DNA of 64,000 nucleotides from the NCBI GenBank assembly GCA_964447525.1, contig CAYUSU010000001.1:26012-90011 (forward strand), written 5' to 3'. Under the pieces are notes generated by a model that saw only the letters and a program-made list of their open reading frames with translations, was not told the origin of the DNA and searched no databases. How positions within the stretch are numbered: position 1 is the first letter of the stretch; each line of letters starts with the position of its first letter. The position numbers were made by a program, and so were the translations under genes. This DNA comes from an uncultured archaeon. GTDB lineage: Archaea > Aenigmatarchaeota > Aenigmatarchaeia > QMZP01 > QMZT01. This document shows, in pieces, positions 18,988 through 27,918 of the stretch.

Positions 18988-19650
18988 TCATATCGTTCTT
19001 ACGTGTATTCCTGTCGGACCTATTATCAACGGATGTATGTCCGTGGAATGATTAGTCATGCGCATTTTTCTTATTGACATCGAACGGTTGTATTTTGTCA
19101 TCCCCATATACTGTAAAACTATGACGGAATCCACCATGAACTCTATAACCCCTGATCTGGAAAGGGATTTGGTATCTTCCAGTATTTCTGACGTTACTAT
19201 TACGGCCTTGTTCATGTCCCTGAGCCTCTGCAGAATTCTGTAAAGGAATTTTCTTATCTTGAATGGCTCGTGTATATAGAGTTCGAACATGCTTACGGAA
19301 TCTATCACTACCCTCTTCGCTTTCATTGATTCCACGTTGTTAATTATCCTGTCCATTAATGTTTCGACATCAAAAGGTTCGATCTCTACCGTCTTGATCA
19401 TTTTCTTCTTTTCTAACGCGTCGAGATCCCATCCGAATTTTTTAGCCTGTTTCCTTATGTTTTCGATTGTTTCCCCGGTCGTTATGTAAAGACCCTTTTC
19501 ATTGTATTTTGTCGCCCCGTTGTGAATGAATTGCGTAGAAAAGATGGATTTACATGTTCCGGTCTTTCCGGAAATCAGTGTTATTGTCCCTTCTTCCAGT
19601 CCGCCTTCTATCAGACCGTCAAGACCAGGTATCCCCGTTTGCACCCTCAT
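18988..19650 (-). CDS. KaiC/RadB-like RecA-superfamily single-domain ATPase
   Basis: GIPGLDGLIEGGLEEGTITLISGKTGTCKS Walker A block typical of KaiC-like ATPases. Confidence 0.7.
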   Translation of the reverse strand: MRVQTGIPGLDGLIEGGLEEGTITLISGKTGTCKSIFSTQFIHNGATKYNEKGLYITTGETIENIRKQAKKFGWDLDALEKKKMIKTVEIEPFDVETLMDRIINNVESMKAKRVVIDSVSMFELYIHEPFKIRKFLYRILQRLRDMNKAVIVTSEILEDTKSLSRSGVIEFMVDSVIVLQYMGMTKYNRSMSIRKMRMTNHSTDIHPLIIGPTGIHVRTI

Positions 19651-19708
19651 GCATTACTTTTCTTTTTCTGGTTAATAAATTTTTTAAGCTTTATTATAAA
19701 AATAATGT

Positions 19709-20515
19709 ATGAATAAGAGACAACCGGTCGTGTCTGGAGTTTTTTACGAATCGGATCTCGATGAACTTAAGAATTCACTGAAATTGATGTTCAAGAATAC
19801 GAAACTCCTCGGTAACCTTGGTGTTATTTCTCCGCATGCCGGATATGTATATTCCGGAATAACTTCCGCGTTCTCCCTTGCCTCGCTGAAACCATCCAAA
19901 AGATTCCTGATAATCGGACCGAACCATAATCTTCTAGGTCACGAGTTTTCTATCTCTGACGGAATTTGGGAAACCCCTCTCGGAGAAGCGAAGATTGACA
20001 ATGAATTAGCGAAATACCTTCTGAACAATAACATTATAAAGGATGATCCTATTGCTCATTCTCATGAGCATTCCATTGAAGTTCAGATACCATTCCTCCA
20101 GCACATATTCGGGAACTTCACATTCGTCCCGCTGTCAGTTGCGAACTCTGACTATTCGCATAAATTCCTCTCCAAGTGCGAATCTGTTGCAAAAACTATT
20201 TCCTCCGAGCTAAAGAAGAAAGATTTCAGAATAATAGTTTCTTCCGACTTCTCTCATTATATCCCGCAGGCGGAAGCTGACGAAAAGGACGAAAAGGCGA
20301 TCGAGATGATAAAGAATCTCAATGTAAGGGGATTTTTCAAAACGCTCGAAAAATTAGATGCTTCCATGTGCGGTTACGGACCAATAGCTATTCTCATGTC
20401 AGTTGCAAAAGAGATGGGGTGGAAAAAAATAGAGGTAATCAACCATTCCTCTTCAGGTGACGTAACGAAGGATAGGGATTCCGTGGTCAATTATTATTCC
20501 ATTGGATTTCGCTGA
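19709..20515 (+). CDS. AmmeMemoRadiSam system protein B (MEMO1 family)
   Basis: VSGVFYESD... ISPHAGYVYSG... motifs of the Memo family; 268 aa. Confidence 0.8.
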   Translation: MNKRQPVVSGVFYESDLDELKNSLKLMFKNTKLLGNLGVISPHAGYVYSGITSAFSLASLKPSKRFLIIGPNHNLLGHEFSISDGIWETPLGEAKIDNELAKYLLNNNIIKDDPIAHSHEHSIEVQIPFLQHIFGNFTFVPLSVANSDYSHKFLSKCESVAKTISSELKKKDFRIIVSSDFSHYIPQAEADEKDEKAIEMIKNLNVRGFFKTLEKLDASMCGYGPIAILMSVAKEMGWKKIEVINHSSSGDVTKDRDSVVNYYSIGFR

Positions 20516-21096
20516 AGCCATTTCTCCTTCAGGGAATTGACTTCTTTCGCCGCTTCTTCCATGATCTTTTCGTTCCTGTCCATCCCTTTCCAGTTTCCTC
20601 TTTCCTCACTTCCGTAATATAATGCGAAGAGATCCCTGAAGAATTTCGGCTTTCCGATCTTCGTATCCACAGAAAAAAGATTATTGTTTATCTGGAGAAA
20701 CATGTATTTACCGTTCTTTTGGTATATTTTTTTTATCTGATCAATTGAATCTATCATTTTCACGTGCTCCTTTTCTTTTACGATATCTTCGATTTTCCCT
20801 TTGAAAGGAAGGAAGTGCATATGTGCATGGAAGACGGTCTGGCCTGTTACCCCGTGCTCGAAAACAGCGAATGATCCGTATTCCTCCTTCAGAAATTTAA
20901 TGACATTTTCGTATAATAATTTGAATTCTTCAAATTCCTCTCCGAGAGCACCCATGCAAGAAATGTGATCCTTTGGTATTATCAGAATATGACCTTCCTT
21001 CAGAGGATGAATATCTGCGTATACTGATAACTTCTTTCCCTTCGACAGAGGAACACTCAATGCAAAAGAATCAATGTTACAGTGCACGCAATCCAT
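20494..21096 (-). CDS. HIT-superfamily protein (histidine triad; ATP adenylyltransferase/GalT-like) with an extra C-terminal domain
   Basis: Histidine triad HAHMHFLP. Confidence 0.55.
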   Translation of the reverse strand: MDCVHCNIDSFALSVPLSKGKKLSVYADIHPLKEGHILIIPKDHISCMGALGEEFEEFKLLYENVIKFLKEEYGSFAVFEHGVTGQTVFHAHMHFLPFKGKIEDIVKEKEHVKMIDSIDQIKKIYQKNGKYMFLQINNNLFSVDTKIGKPKFFRDLFALYYGSEERGNWKGMDRNEKIMEEAAKEVNSLKEKWLQRNPME

Positions 21097-21097
21097 G

Positions 21098-21493
21098 TTA
21101 ACTCCTTCTTAACGGGTTTTCCGGAGACTGTTCCGCAAGGAAAAGGCGCTTGGGATTGGGATGACCCTTCACCGTGACGCCGAGCATCTCCATGAGCTCC
21201 CTTTCGAAAAGATCAGTACCGGGAAAGATTCCAGTGATCGTGTCAATTTCCGGATTCTCCTTGCTCAGCGATGTTCTGAGATTTATTACGATACCTTCGT
21301 GTGCCATGTGATATAACACTTCTATACTCTCTTCCACATCAACACCGCTTATCATAATGATTCTCTGTATTCCGGAATTGTAAAGCCTCTCCATAATTTC
21401 CTTCACATTAGCACTTTCGAATGCTGCCCATATTTCATTTCCGTTTCTGTGCATTTCTCCGGTTAAATCCCTGATAACATTATCAATGTTCAT
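21098..21493 (-). CDS. NuoC / 30-kDa subunit-like protein (MbhK-like) of a complex I-related membrane module
   Basis: ERELMEMLGVTVKGHPNPKRLFL matches the NuoC motif (ERE..dmfG..f.gHP); short at 131 aa. Confidence 0.7.
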   Translation of the reverse strand: MNIDNVIRDLTGEMHRNGNEIWAAFESANVKEIMERLYNSGIQRIIMISGVDVEESIEVLYHMAHEGIVINLRTSLSKENPEIDTITGIFPGTDLFERELMEMLGVTVKGHPNPKRLFLAEQSPENPLRRS

Positions 21494-21993
21494 TTATTTC
21501 CCTCCATCTTTTTGATTATTTTCACGACGCCTGCTATGATGGCCTCTGGTTTGGGTGGACATCCCGGAACGTAGACATCCACGGGGATGATTTTATCGAG
21601 CGGACCGTCCGAGTTGTACGAATCGTAAAAAACTCCCTTAGAAATTGCGCATGATCCAACCGCTAGCACGTATTTCGGGTTTGGTATCTGCTGATAGATT
21701 GTTATGAGCCGGTCTTTTACTTTTTTCGTTACGACCCCTTCAACAATGAGGATATCCGCATGCCTCGGGGACCCTTTTTCTGTTATACCAAATCTTTCGA
21801 CATCATATTTAGGTGTCAGGCTTGCCAATATTTCGATGGAACAGCCGTTGCATCCACCCGCCCCGAAATGTATAATCCACGGGGATTTTTTTCTGCAATA
21901 TTTCACAAGCTTTCCCATAACGGATTCGTTTTTTTTCTTCATTAAATCACCAAAACCATCATTACTATTATAACAACCCCCACAATCATCCAT
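21490..21993 (-). CDS. NuoB-like [4Fe-4S] small subunit of the group 4 hydrogenase type (MbhJ/EchC-like)
   Basis: GAGGCNGCSIE, GSCAISKG and the VPGCPPKPE cluster-binding motif. The CNGC form is characteristic of Ech/Mbh-type hydrogenase small subunits rather than bona fide NuoB (CCAVE). Confidence 0.8.
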   Translation of the reverse strand: MDDCGGCYNSNDGFGDLMKKKNESVMGKLVKYCRKKSPWIIHFGAGGCNGCSIEILASLTPKYDVERFGITEKGSPRHADILIVEGVVTKKVKDRLITIYQQIPNPKYVLAVGSCAISKGVFYDSYNSDGPLDKIIPVDVYVPGCPPKPEAIIAGVVKIIKKMEGNK

Positions 21994-22238
21994 ATAACGT
22001 AATCCGACAGTTTTCCCGTGTGGATGTCCCTGAGTTTGTTGAGACCGAAACTGTCGATTATTGCCTGATAGAAATTATCGGAAGTAACCGAATTTTTTTG
22101 TAAGTTCTCACCGCAGGTATATGTTTCATCCTTTTTACCATCGGGTCTGAACGACCTGTTGCCGAGAAGGTATATCATCAGACCTAACAAAATGAATCCC
22201 ACGAAGCAACCCACGAACAAAGTCCAGCCCTCAAACAT
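21942..22238 (-). CDS. small membrane subunit (NuoA/MbhI-like) of the Mrp/Mbh-like module
   Basis: 98 aa with two TM helices; assigned by position between the NuoB-like and MnhD-like genes. Confidence 0.35.
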   Translation of the reverse strand: MFEGWTLFVGCFVGFILLGLMIYLLGNRSFRPDGKKDETYTCGENLQKNSVTSDNFYQAIIDSFGLNKLRDIHTGKLSDYVIWMIVGVVIIVMMVLVI

Positions 22239-22244
22239 ACGACA

Positions 22245-23666
22245 TCATCCCACCCCCAGAACAGCGTTTATATATTGTCCCTGCTCCAATAAAACGTTCG
22301 TTGCCGGCTCAACGAACATCATTCCGATCTGCGGTAAAATACCTATAATAATGCATATAATTGCCAATATTATGATAGGTATCAACATAGTTTTCGGTGT
22401 TTTCTTTACTATCTTGAATGTTGAAGGTCCCATGAATATACATGAAAATACCTTCAAATAATACGCGAGAGTGATAGCGGAAACTATTATGGCTATCGAT
22501 GTTATGATTGGACTTACTTCCCACGTTGCAAGGTATATCAGCCATTTCGAAGCAAAACCGTTTAGTGGGGGTATTCCGGCTGTTCCCAGCGCCCCGATAC
22601 CGAAACAAAATGCAACCCATGGCATCCGTTTTCCGAGTCCGCCCAGCTTGTTCAGATCCCTCGTTCCCGTATGCCACAAAATAATACCGAACGAAAGGAA
22701 AAGGAGGCATTTTAGCAGTATGTTATTGAACAGATGGAAAAGTCCTGCCGTAACACCCGCGGGAGTTCCCATCCCGATGGCTATGAATATATACCCTACT
22801 TGGCTGACCGTCGAATAAGCGAGCAATCTCTTTACGTCTTTTTGCATTATCGCCATGAGCCCGCCCACGACCATGGTTATCAATCCGAGAATTATCAGCA
22901 TCCAGAAAATGCTCATTATGCCGAACACGGTGAATATTATCCTTATCGTCATGTAGACGCCTGATCCTATTATAACACTTGACAGGAGTGCGGAAACCGG
23001 CGAAGGTGCGGCAGGATGAACATCCGGTAGCCAGAAATGGAACGGGACGATTGCGGACTTCAATGATAATCCTCCCAGTATTAGGCCAAGCACGATCATG
23101 AATACAGGTCCGCCGGATATTTTCAGGGCCATGTCCGCCATATTAAGCGTTCCGGTGAGTCCGTAAAGCATCGCTATCCCTACCAGCAGGAACGACGATG
23201 AAAGAGATCCGGTAATCAGATACTTTAACGCCGCTTCGGTAGATTCCTTGTTGAGCAGGAAAGCCACCAGAGCGTATGAAGCGACTGACATCAGTTCGAA
23301 AAACACGTACATGTTGAATATGTCGCCCGTGAGGGATATTCCGATAAGACCTATCGTGAGGAGGCATATCAGCGTATAGTACCTGTGTTTCCTTTCCTTG
23401 ACGTATTTGACGGAATAGACCGCAGTGAGGGACATTATCCCGGTGATCATTATTGCCATGAACAGCCCGAGTTTGTCGAGCACCCATACTATTCCGAAAG
23501 GAGGAGACCAACCGGAGAATGCAAACATCATGATGTCCGGGCTGAAATACGCGAGAAGGAAGAAGATGAAAGAAAAAATTATTGCTGATATTGCTATTAT
23601 GTCCCTCTTCAGTACCAGTACAAGGAACGCGGCCAGGAAAAGGACGCTTAACACTATGGTTATCAT
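22245..23666 (-). CDS. Mrp antiporter subunit D / NuoN-NuoL family (MbhH-like)
   Basis: 473 aa polytopic protein with FHFWLPDVHPAAPSPVSALLSS, the proton-pumping antiporter signature. Confidence 0.85.
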   Translation of the reverse strand: MITIVLSVLFLAAFLVLVLKRDIIAISAIIFSFIFFLLAYFSPDIMMFAFSGWSPPFGIVWVLDKLGLFMAIMITGIMSLTAVYSVKYVKERKHRYYTLICLLTIGLIGISLTGDIFNMYVFFELMSVASYALVAFLLNKESTEAALKYLITGSLSSSFLLVGIAMLYGLTGTLNMADMALKISGGPVFMIVLGLILGGLSLKSAIVPFHFWLPDVHPAAPSPVSALLSSVIIGSGVYMTIRIIFTVFGIMSIFWMLIILGLITMVVGGLMAIMQKDVKRLLAYSTVSQVGYIFIAIGMGTPAGVTAGLFHLFNNILLKCLLFLSFGIILWHTGTRDLNKLGGLGKRMPWVAFCFGIGALGTAGIPPLNGFASKWLIYLATWEVSPIITSIAIIVSAITLAYYLKVFSCIFMGPSTFKIVKKTPKTMLIPIIILAIICIIIGILPQIGMMFVEPATNVLLEQGQYINAVLGVG

Positions 23667-23667
23667 T

Positions 23668-24117
23668 TTATCCCCTTAGATCGCTCATCTTCTCCGTATC
23701 AAGAGTCTTGAAATGCCTGTAGGCTATTATCGCAATGCATAACGCAAGCGCCGTTATGCTGAGGCTTATGACTATCGAGGTCAGCACGAGTGCCTGCGGA
23801 ACCGGATCCACGGAAAACTGTGAGAACGTGTTTACGTTTTCCGGCGTTATTATCGGGGGTATCCCGTTCTCCCTTGAACCTATCGTTATCAGCAGCAGAT
23901 GAATAGCATCCGTGAATATGGCGAGGCCTATTATCTTCTTTATGAGGTTCGGTTTCATCGCTACGCAATACACCCCCAACATCATCATCAACCCGGACGT
24001 TAAATACAACTCTATCATAATCATTCCTTGATCAGTAAAAATACGATCACGGTGAGAGCCATCGTGACCATTATCCCCCCGAATACATTCAGCAGGAGTA
24101 CCTGCTGAGCGCTCCAT
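23668..24117 (-). CDS. MnhC/NuoK-like subunit (MbhG-like)
   Basis: Three TM helices; MIELYLTSGLMMMLGVYCVAMKPNLIKKIIGLAIF is NuoK/MnhC-like. Confidence 0.65.
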   Translation of the reverse strand: MERSAGTPAECIRGDNGHDGSHRDRIFTDQGMIMIELYLTSGLMMMLGVYCVAMKPNLIKKIIGLAIFTDAIHLLLITIGSRENGIPPIITPENVNTFSQFSVDPVPQALVLTSIVISLSITALALCIAIIAYRHFKTLDTEKMSDLRG

Positions 24118-24416
24118 AAATTGAAAATAGTACCTGACGGCGTCAGAACGCTCCTGAAAAATGTCTCGAAAATCACCAAGAATATGAGGAAGGAGGCCAT
24201 CGTCCCTTCGATTATATGGGCGGTTTCCTCCTTTATTATTCTTTCCGCCTTTCTGAGCCCGAATGCCAAAGCAACCAACGTAATTCCAACGACGACCATG
24301 GTCCCTCCGGGGAAAGAGCCTCCCGGCGTCAGATGCCCGTGGAGTATGATGTAAACACCGAACAATAGTATGAAAGGGAAGAGACCCTTTACCGTGGTCT
24401 TCACTATAACATCCAT
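24021..24416 (-). CDS. MnhB-domain subunit (MbhF-like)
   Basis: HGHLTPGGSFPGG motif of the MnhB family. Confidence 0.6.
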   Translation of the reverse strand: MDVIVKTTVKGLFPFILLFGVYIILHGHLTPGGSFPGGTMVVVGITLVALAFGLRKAERIIKEETAHIIEGTMASFLIFLVIFETFFRSVLTPSGTIFNLWSAQQVLLLNVFGGIMVTMALTVIVFLLIKE

Positions 24417-24700
24417 TATTTTCCCTCCCCCTTGCCCAAACCGAACATTACCAAGCTGAATATGCCCATCGCTGCCGTGAAAAGGACCGTTTCTTCACCG
24501 AGCGTGTCGAAACTCCTGAAATCCCACACTATCGACCCCACGACATTCGCGGAATTCGTCTCCTTCAGGGAATTCTGGATGTAATGCTCCGCCACGGACT
24601 TGTTGTCCCATTCCCCGAAACCAGGGAACATGAAAACGTAAAGCATGAAAGAGAATATCATGACCATGCACACACCAACGACTATGTTTCTCTTCATCAT
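24416..24700 (-). CDS. MnhB-domain subunit (MbhE-like)
   Basis: SIVWDFRSFDTLGEETVLFTAAMG matches the MnhB (yRgfDTlgE) signature. Confidence 0.6.
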   Translation of the reverse strand: MMKRNIVVGVCMVMIFSFMLYVFMFPGFGEWDNKSVAEHYIQNSLKETNSANVVGSIVWDFRSFDTLGEETVLFTAAMGIFSLVMFGLGKGEGK

Positions 24701-24930
24701 TTTTCCATCCTCGCGGTTTTTTGTATCGCTATCACGAAAATCAGCGTAGTAAGGCCGGCCTTGATCGCTGCTTCTGTTATTGCGATGTCCGGTGCCTGAA
24801 GAATAAGGAATGACAATGAAAGCATAAGGGATAAGATGGCCAGGAAAATTACAGAATAAAGAAGATCCTTTGAAATCACTGCAAAAAATGCAAATGCCAC
24901 AATTCCCATCAGGAGAACTATAATGATCAT
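24697..24930 (-). CDS. small Mrp/Mbh membrane subunit (DUF4040/MbhD-like)
   Basis: 77 aa; the APDIAITEAAIKAGLTT motif is seen at the N-terminus of MrpA/MbhD. Confidence 0.5.
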   Translation of the reverse strand: MIIIVLLMGIVAFAFFAVISKDLLYSVIFLAILSLMLSLSFLILQAPDIAITEAAIKAGLTTLIFVIAIQKTARMEK

Positions 24931-24970
24931 ATAATATTATTATTATAGCCCTGATAAATTACTATTGGGT

Positions 24971-25390
24971 TCATAACTTTTTTTCTTTTCCCGACATTGA
25001 CTGTATTTCAGAACCAATTTCATTCATTTTTTCGGCTATCTGCTCCATTTGAACCTGTATTTCTTCCACAGTTTTTTCTATTTCTTCCGATCTTTCTTTG
25101 AGAAGTGTCTTAACATCCACCGTTTTTTTGTCTGAGATGATTCCTGCTCCAATATCTGTCAGGAGGGAATCTCTGTCAATTATTTTTCCCTTTGCGAAAC
25201 ACCCGCTTCCGAAAGGAACTAAAATTTCGTTTTCATTACCATTTTTTTTCATTTCTTCTATTGCGTTAATGGTGCTCCTTGTCTCTAGAAACTGTTGTTC
25301 TATCATATCCTGTTGCTTTTTGAGGGCTTCCATGTTCTGCTGAAATATCTGCAGCATGACGTATTTCTCGGTCATCTTTTGGTCAGTCAT
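24971..25390 (-). CDS. pfdA: prefoldin alpha subunit
   Basis: 139 aa coiled coil-hairpin-coiled coil; the ILVPFGSGCFAKGKI...DIGAGIISDKK hairpins fit the alpha class. Confidence 0.7.
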   Translation of the reverse strand: MTDQKMTEKYVMLQIFQQNMEALKKQQDMIEQQFLETRSTINAIEEMKKNGNENEILVPFGSGCFAKGKIIDRDSLLTDIGAGIISDKKTVDVKTLLKERSEEIEKTVEEIQVQMEQIAEKMNEIGSEIQSMSGKEKKL

Positions 25391-25431
25391 ACTGGTCTTA
25401 ATGTATTACAAACTTATAAATTTTCAAAAAA

Positions 25432-25770
25432 TCAGAGCAACTTAAGATGTTTGGTGACTTTGTCTATTTCTTTCTCCTCGCAAGGACCTATCCCTAGAAC
25501 GGTCACGGTTCCTGGCTCTAACTGGGTCCTTCCCGCGTCCCTTATTAGCGAACAGGGAAATTTTCCCCTGACATTTTCATGTATTTTCATTAGTCCCTTA
25601 AGGTCATCTACCTTCAGAATTACCTTTTTTGACCCTTCAGCTTCCCATTCCGCCCGTTCTTTCGAATCGGATTTCTTGTATGCCTCTATGCTGGCGTGAG
25701 CTACCTGCGCGGCCATCTTCCCTTTGTCCATCTTGATGTCTTTTCTTACGATAATCACTTGCTTGAACAT
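25432..25770 (-). CDS. pth2: peptidyl-tRNA hydrolase, archaeal type (Pth2)
   Basis: VIIVRKDIKMDKGKMAAQVAHAS... GTVTVLGIGPC; 112 aa, PTH2 family. Confidence 0.9.
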   Translation of the reverse strand: MFKQVIIVRKDIKMDKGKMAAQVAHASIEAYKKSDSKERAEWEAEGSKKVILKVDDLKGLMKIHENVRGKFPCSLIRDAGRTQLEPGTVTVLGIGPCEEKEIDKVTKHLKLL

Positions 25771-25848
25771 AATATTATTTGGGAACGGTTGAATAAAAAC
25801 AGAAATAAAAATAAAAAAATGTCCAAAAAGGAATGGGACGATTGTGAT

Positions 25849-26304
25849 TTACACTTTTCCTGTCACTGTGGCAGTGTCACTTGCCTGATAACCGCCCTGT
25901 GGAGTGTAAGTCACTACTACCTTCAGCGAATAGGATGATCCTGCAGACAATCCCATCGATGTGCAGTTGACTGTTGTTTCGGTTATCTGTCCGGGTGCTA
26001 TGTTGAATCCCGAAGAGTTAGTCGTACACCCAGTTCCCCCAGCGGTCGGAGCCACAGCCACAGAACCAACTGATATGGTCTTCCCTACCTGATTCGGAAG
26101 CTTTATTCGGAAAGTTCCGCCCGTTTCAAGTATGTGAGCTGTTGAAGCCCCAAGTGTTTGGAATCTTGCTTCTGTTGTCGTCGTCGCTGGAGTAAAGACA
26201 CCCAATGCGTATAGAGCTGCTGCCACTATTATAACGATCAGTATCGCCCATCCATATGTCATTAAATATTCCATTGCTGATTGAGCTTTTCTCATAACGA
26301 TCAA
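25849..26304 (-). CDS. archaeal type IV pilin-like protein with class III signal peptide (copy 2)
   Basis: MRKAQ|SAMEYLMTYGWAILIVIIV prepilin signal (probable ATG at 26295; the track start is TTG at 26304). The 5' 335 nt are identical to the paralog at 26443..26898. Confidence 0.8.
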   Translation of the reverse strand: MIVMRKAQSAMEYLMTYGWAILIVIIVAAALYALGVFTPATTTTEARFQTLGASTAHILETGGTFRIKLPNQVGKTISVGSVAVAPTAGGTGCTTNSSGFNIAPGQITETTVNCTSMGLSAGSSYSLKVVVTYTPQGGYQASDTATVTGKV

Positions 26305-26321
26305 TTTATAATTGGTTTCAA
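25987..26321 (-). repeat. 335-bp segment identical to 26581..26915 (pilin 5' region plus ~25 bp upstream)
   Basis: Line-by-line comparison of the two pilin genes: a constant offset of 594 bp and no mismatches seen. Divergence starts at the 3' third and at the promoter TATA region. Confidence 0.85.
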
Positions 26322-26360
26322 CTGCTATATAAATAATCCGTTATTCCCGGATTATCGAAG

Positions 26361-26410
26361 TATCTGAATAAAATAAAAAAAAATAAAAAAAAGAACTGCG
26401 GAAATAAAAA
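26361..26410 (-). terminator. hairpin (GAACTGC...GCAGTTC) followed by long T-tracts on the minus strand, between the two pilin genes
   Basis: 7-bp inverted repeat at 26383..26389 / 26404..26410, followed on the transcribed strand by TTTTTTTTTATTTTTTTTTATTTT. Confidence 0.5.
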
Positions 26411-26442
26411 AATGCAGTTCATTTTTATTGGACAATTGCGAT

Positions 26443-26898
26443 TTAAACCGTTCCTGTTACAGTGGCGCTGTCCGATGAAGCATACCCGCCAGTCGGTACG
26501 TAACTAACTGTTACCTTCAGCGAATATGGCGCACCAGATGATAATCCAAGCGTAGTACAGTTAACGGTTGTCTCCACTATCTGTCCGGGTGCTATGTTGA
26601 ATCCCGAAGAGTTAGTCGTACACCCAGTTCCCCCAGCGGTCGGAGCCACAGCCACAGAACCAACTGATATGGTCTTCCCTACCTGATTCGGAAGCTTTAT
26701 TCGGAAAGTTCCGCCCGTTTCAAGTATGTGAGCTGTTGAAGCCCCAAGTGTTTGGAATCTTGCTTCTGTTGTCGTCGTCGCTGGAGTAAAGACACCCAAT
26801 GCGTATAGAGCTGCTGCCACTATTATAACGATCAGTATCGCCCATCCATATGTCATTAAATATTCCATTGCTGATTGAGCTTTTCTCATAACGATCAA
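26443..26898 (-). CDS. archaeal type IV pilin-like protein with class III signal peptide (copy 1)
   Basis: Same signal/pilin N-terminus as copy 2; divergent C-terminal ~40 aa. Confidence 0.8.
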   Translation of the reverse strand: MIVMRKAQSAMEYLMTYGWAILIVIIVAAALYALGVFTPATTTTEARFQTLGASTAHILETGGTFRIKLPNQVGKTISVGSVAVAPTAGGTGCTTNSSGFNIAPGQIVETTVNCTTLGLSSGAPYSLKVTVSYVPTGGYASSDSATVTGTV

Positions 26899-26915
26899 TT
26901 TATAATTGGTTTCAA
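26581..26915 (-). repeat. second copy of the 335-bp pilin 5' repeat
   Basis: See 25987..26321. Confidence 0.85.
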
Positions 26916-26961
26916 TTGGTATATAAACCTTATTTAAAGCTTTTGTTTTCCAAAAAACAGT

Positions 26962-27918
26962 TTATATCGGCTTGAAACCTGCAAACATGGTTGAAATCAT
27001 TATCCTTGCTCCGAAGAATATAATAAGGGCGACAACCATAAAAATTGGAAAATATTTTATCCCTTCTTTTTCTTCCCCATTGCTGATGAGTCCGATTATT
27101 ATTCCGGAGAAGAATGTGGTGATCAGAATCGCGACCACGGAAAACACCAAAAGGAAATCCGGGGAAATCGATGCACCGAATTGGAAGAACGGCATGTTTG
27201 ACGGCATGGATTCCGGGATGGTTCCTGTTGCTCCTATGGTTGAAAGTGTTGTTATCAGGTATATTGAAAGTGCATACAGGACGGGTGCTCCCATAACCCC
27301 GGCGAAAACAATGAATATTCCATACATCATTATGTTAGCCTTCACTTCTTTCTGTATGGCTTGTTTCCTTCGTATGTCAATCGCATTCTCTTCCAGTAGG
27401 GCCACCAACTGACCTCCAGCTTCCGCCCCTTCTGCTATAAGTCTTAATGATTTTTCCAGCAGATGTGATTTTATGAATTTCGGTATTTTAGACATACTCT
27501 CCGAGAGCGTCTTGCCGGTCATTATATCTTTTCCGCATTTTTTTATCGCATCTGAAAGCGGTCCAAATTCAGATCTTGCACTCAATATAAGCGCCTTGCT
27601 GGGTATGAATCCGGACTTTATGTTAGCGGCCATCAGTTCCAGTGCGTCCGGTAGTATGCTTTCAACGAATTTCTTTCGTTTGTCTATGGCAAGAATCAAC
27701 CATGCGTTCATAAACAGAAAAACAGCCACAAAAACTCCAATCAGTATTATTATGAAATATGGTTGAACGAAGAATGCTATCGCAAAAGCCATGATCAGGC
27801 TGATGATGATTGATTTGTTTATGTATTTTCCGGCAGTCGTTTCCATTCCTGACATCAGTATCATTTCTGCGATTTTGTTCCTGTATTTCTTCGGGAAAAA
27901 TTTATACAACATGATCAA
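26962..27918 (-). CDS. TadC/FlaJ-like type IV pilus platform membrane protein (T2SS-F domain)
   Basis: Polytopic 318 aa protein; adjacent to the pilins and overlapping the next gene by 4 nt. Confidence 0.65.
   Translation of the reverse strand: MIMLYKFFPKKYRNKIAEMILMSGMETTAGKYINKSIIISLIMAFAIAFFVQPYFIIILIGVFVAVFLFMNAWLILAIDKRKKFVESILPDALELMAANIKSGFIPSKALILSARSEFGPLSDAIKKCGKDIMTGKTLSESMSKIPKFIKSHLLEKSLRLIAEGAEAGGQLVALLEENAIDIRRKQAIQKEVKANIMMYGIFIVFAGVMGAPVLYALSIYLITTLSTIGATGTIPESMPSNMPFFQFGASISPDFLLVFSVVAILITTFFSGIIIGLISNGEEKEGIKYFPIFMVVALIIFFGARIMISTMFAGFKPI

Noticed and set aside
22309-23511. Alternative-frame ORFs of 115-133 aa (22309..22710-, 22471..22818+, 23143..23511-)
   Set aside because: They are embedded in the strongly supported MnhD/NuoN-like membrane protein gene and are Arg/His-rich out-of-frame artefacts.
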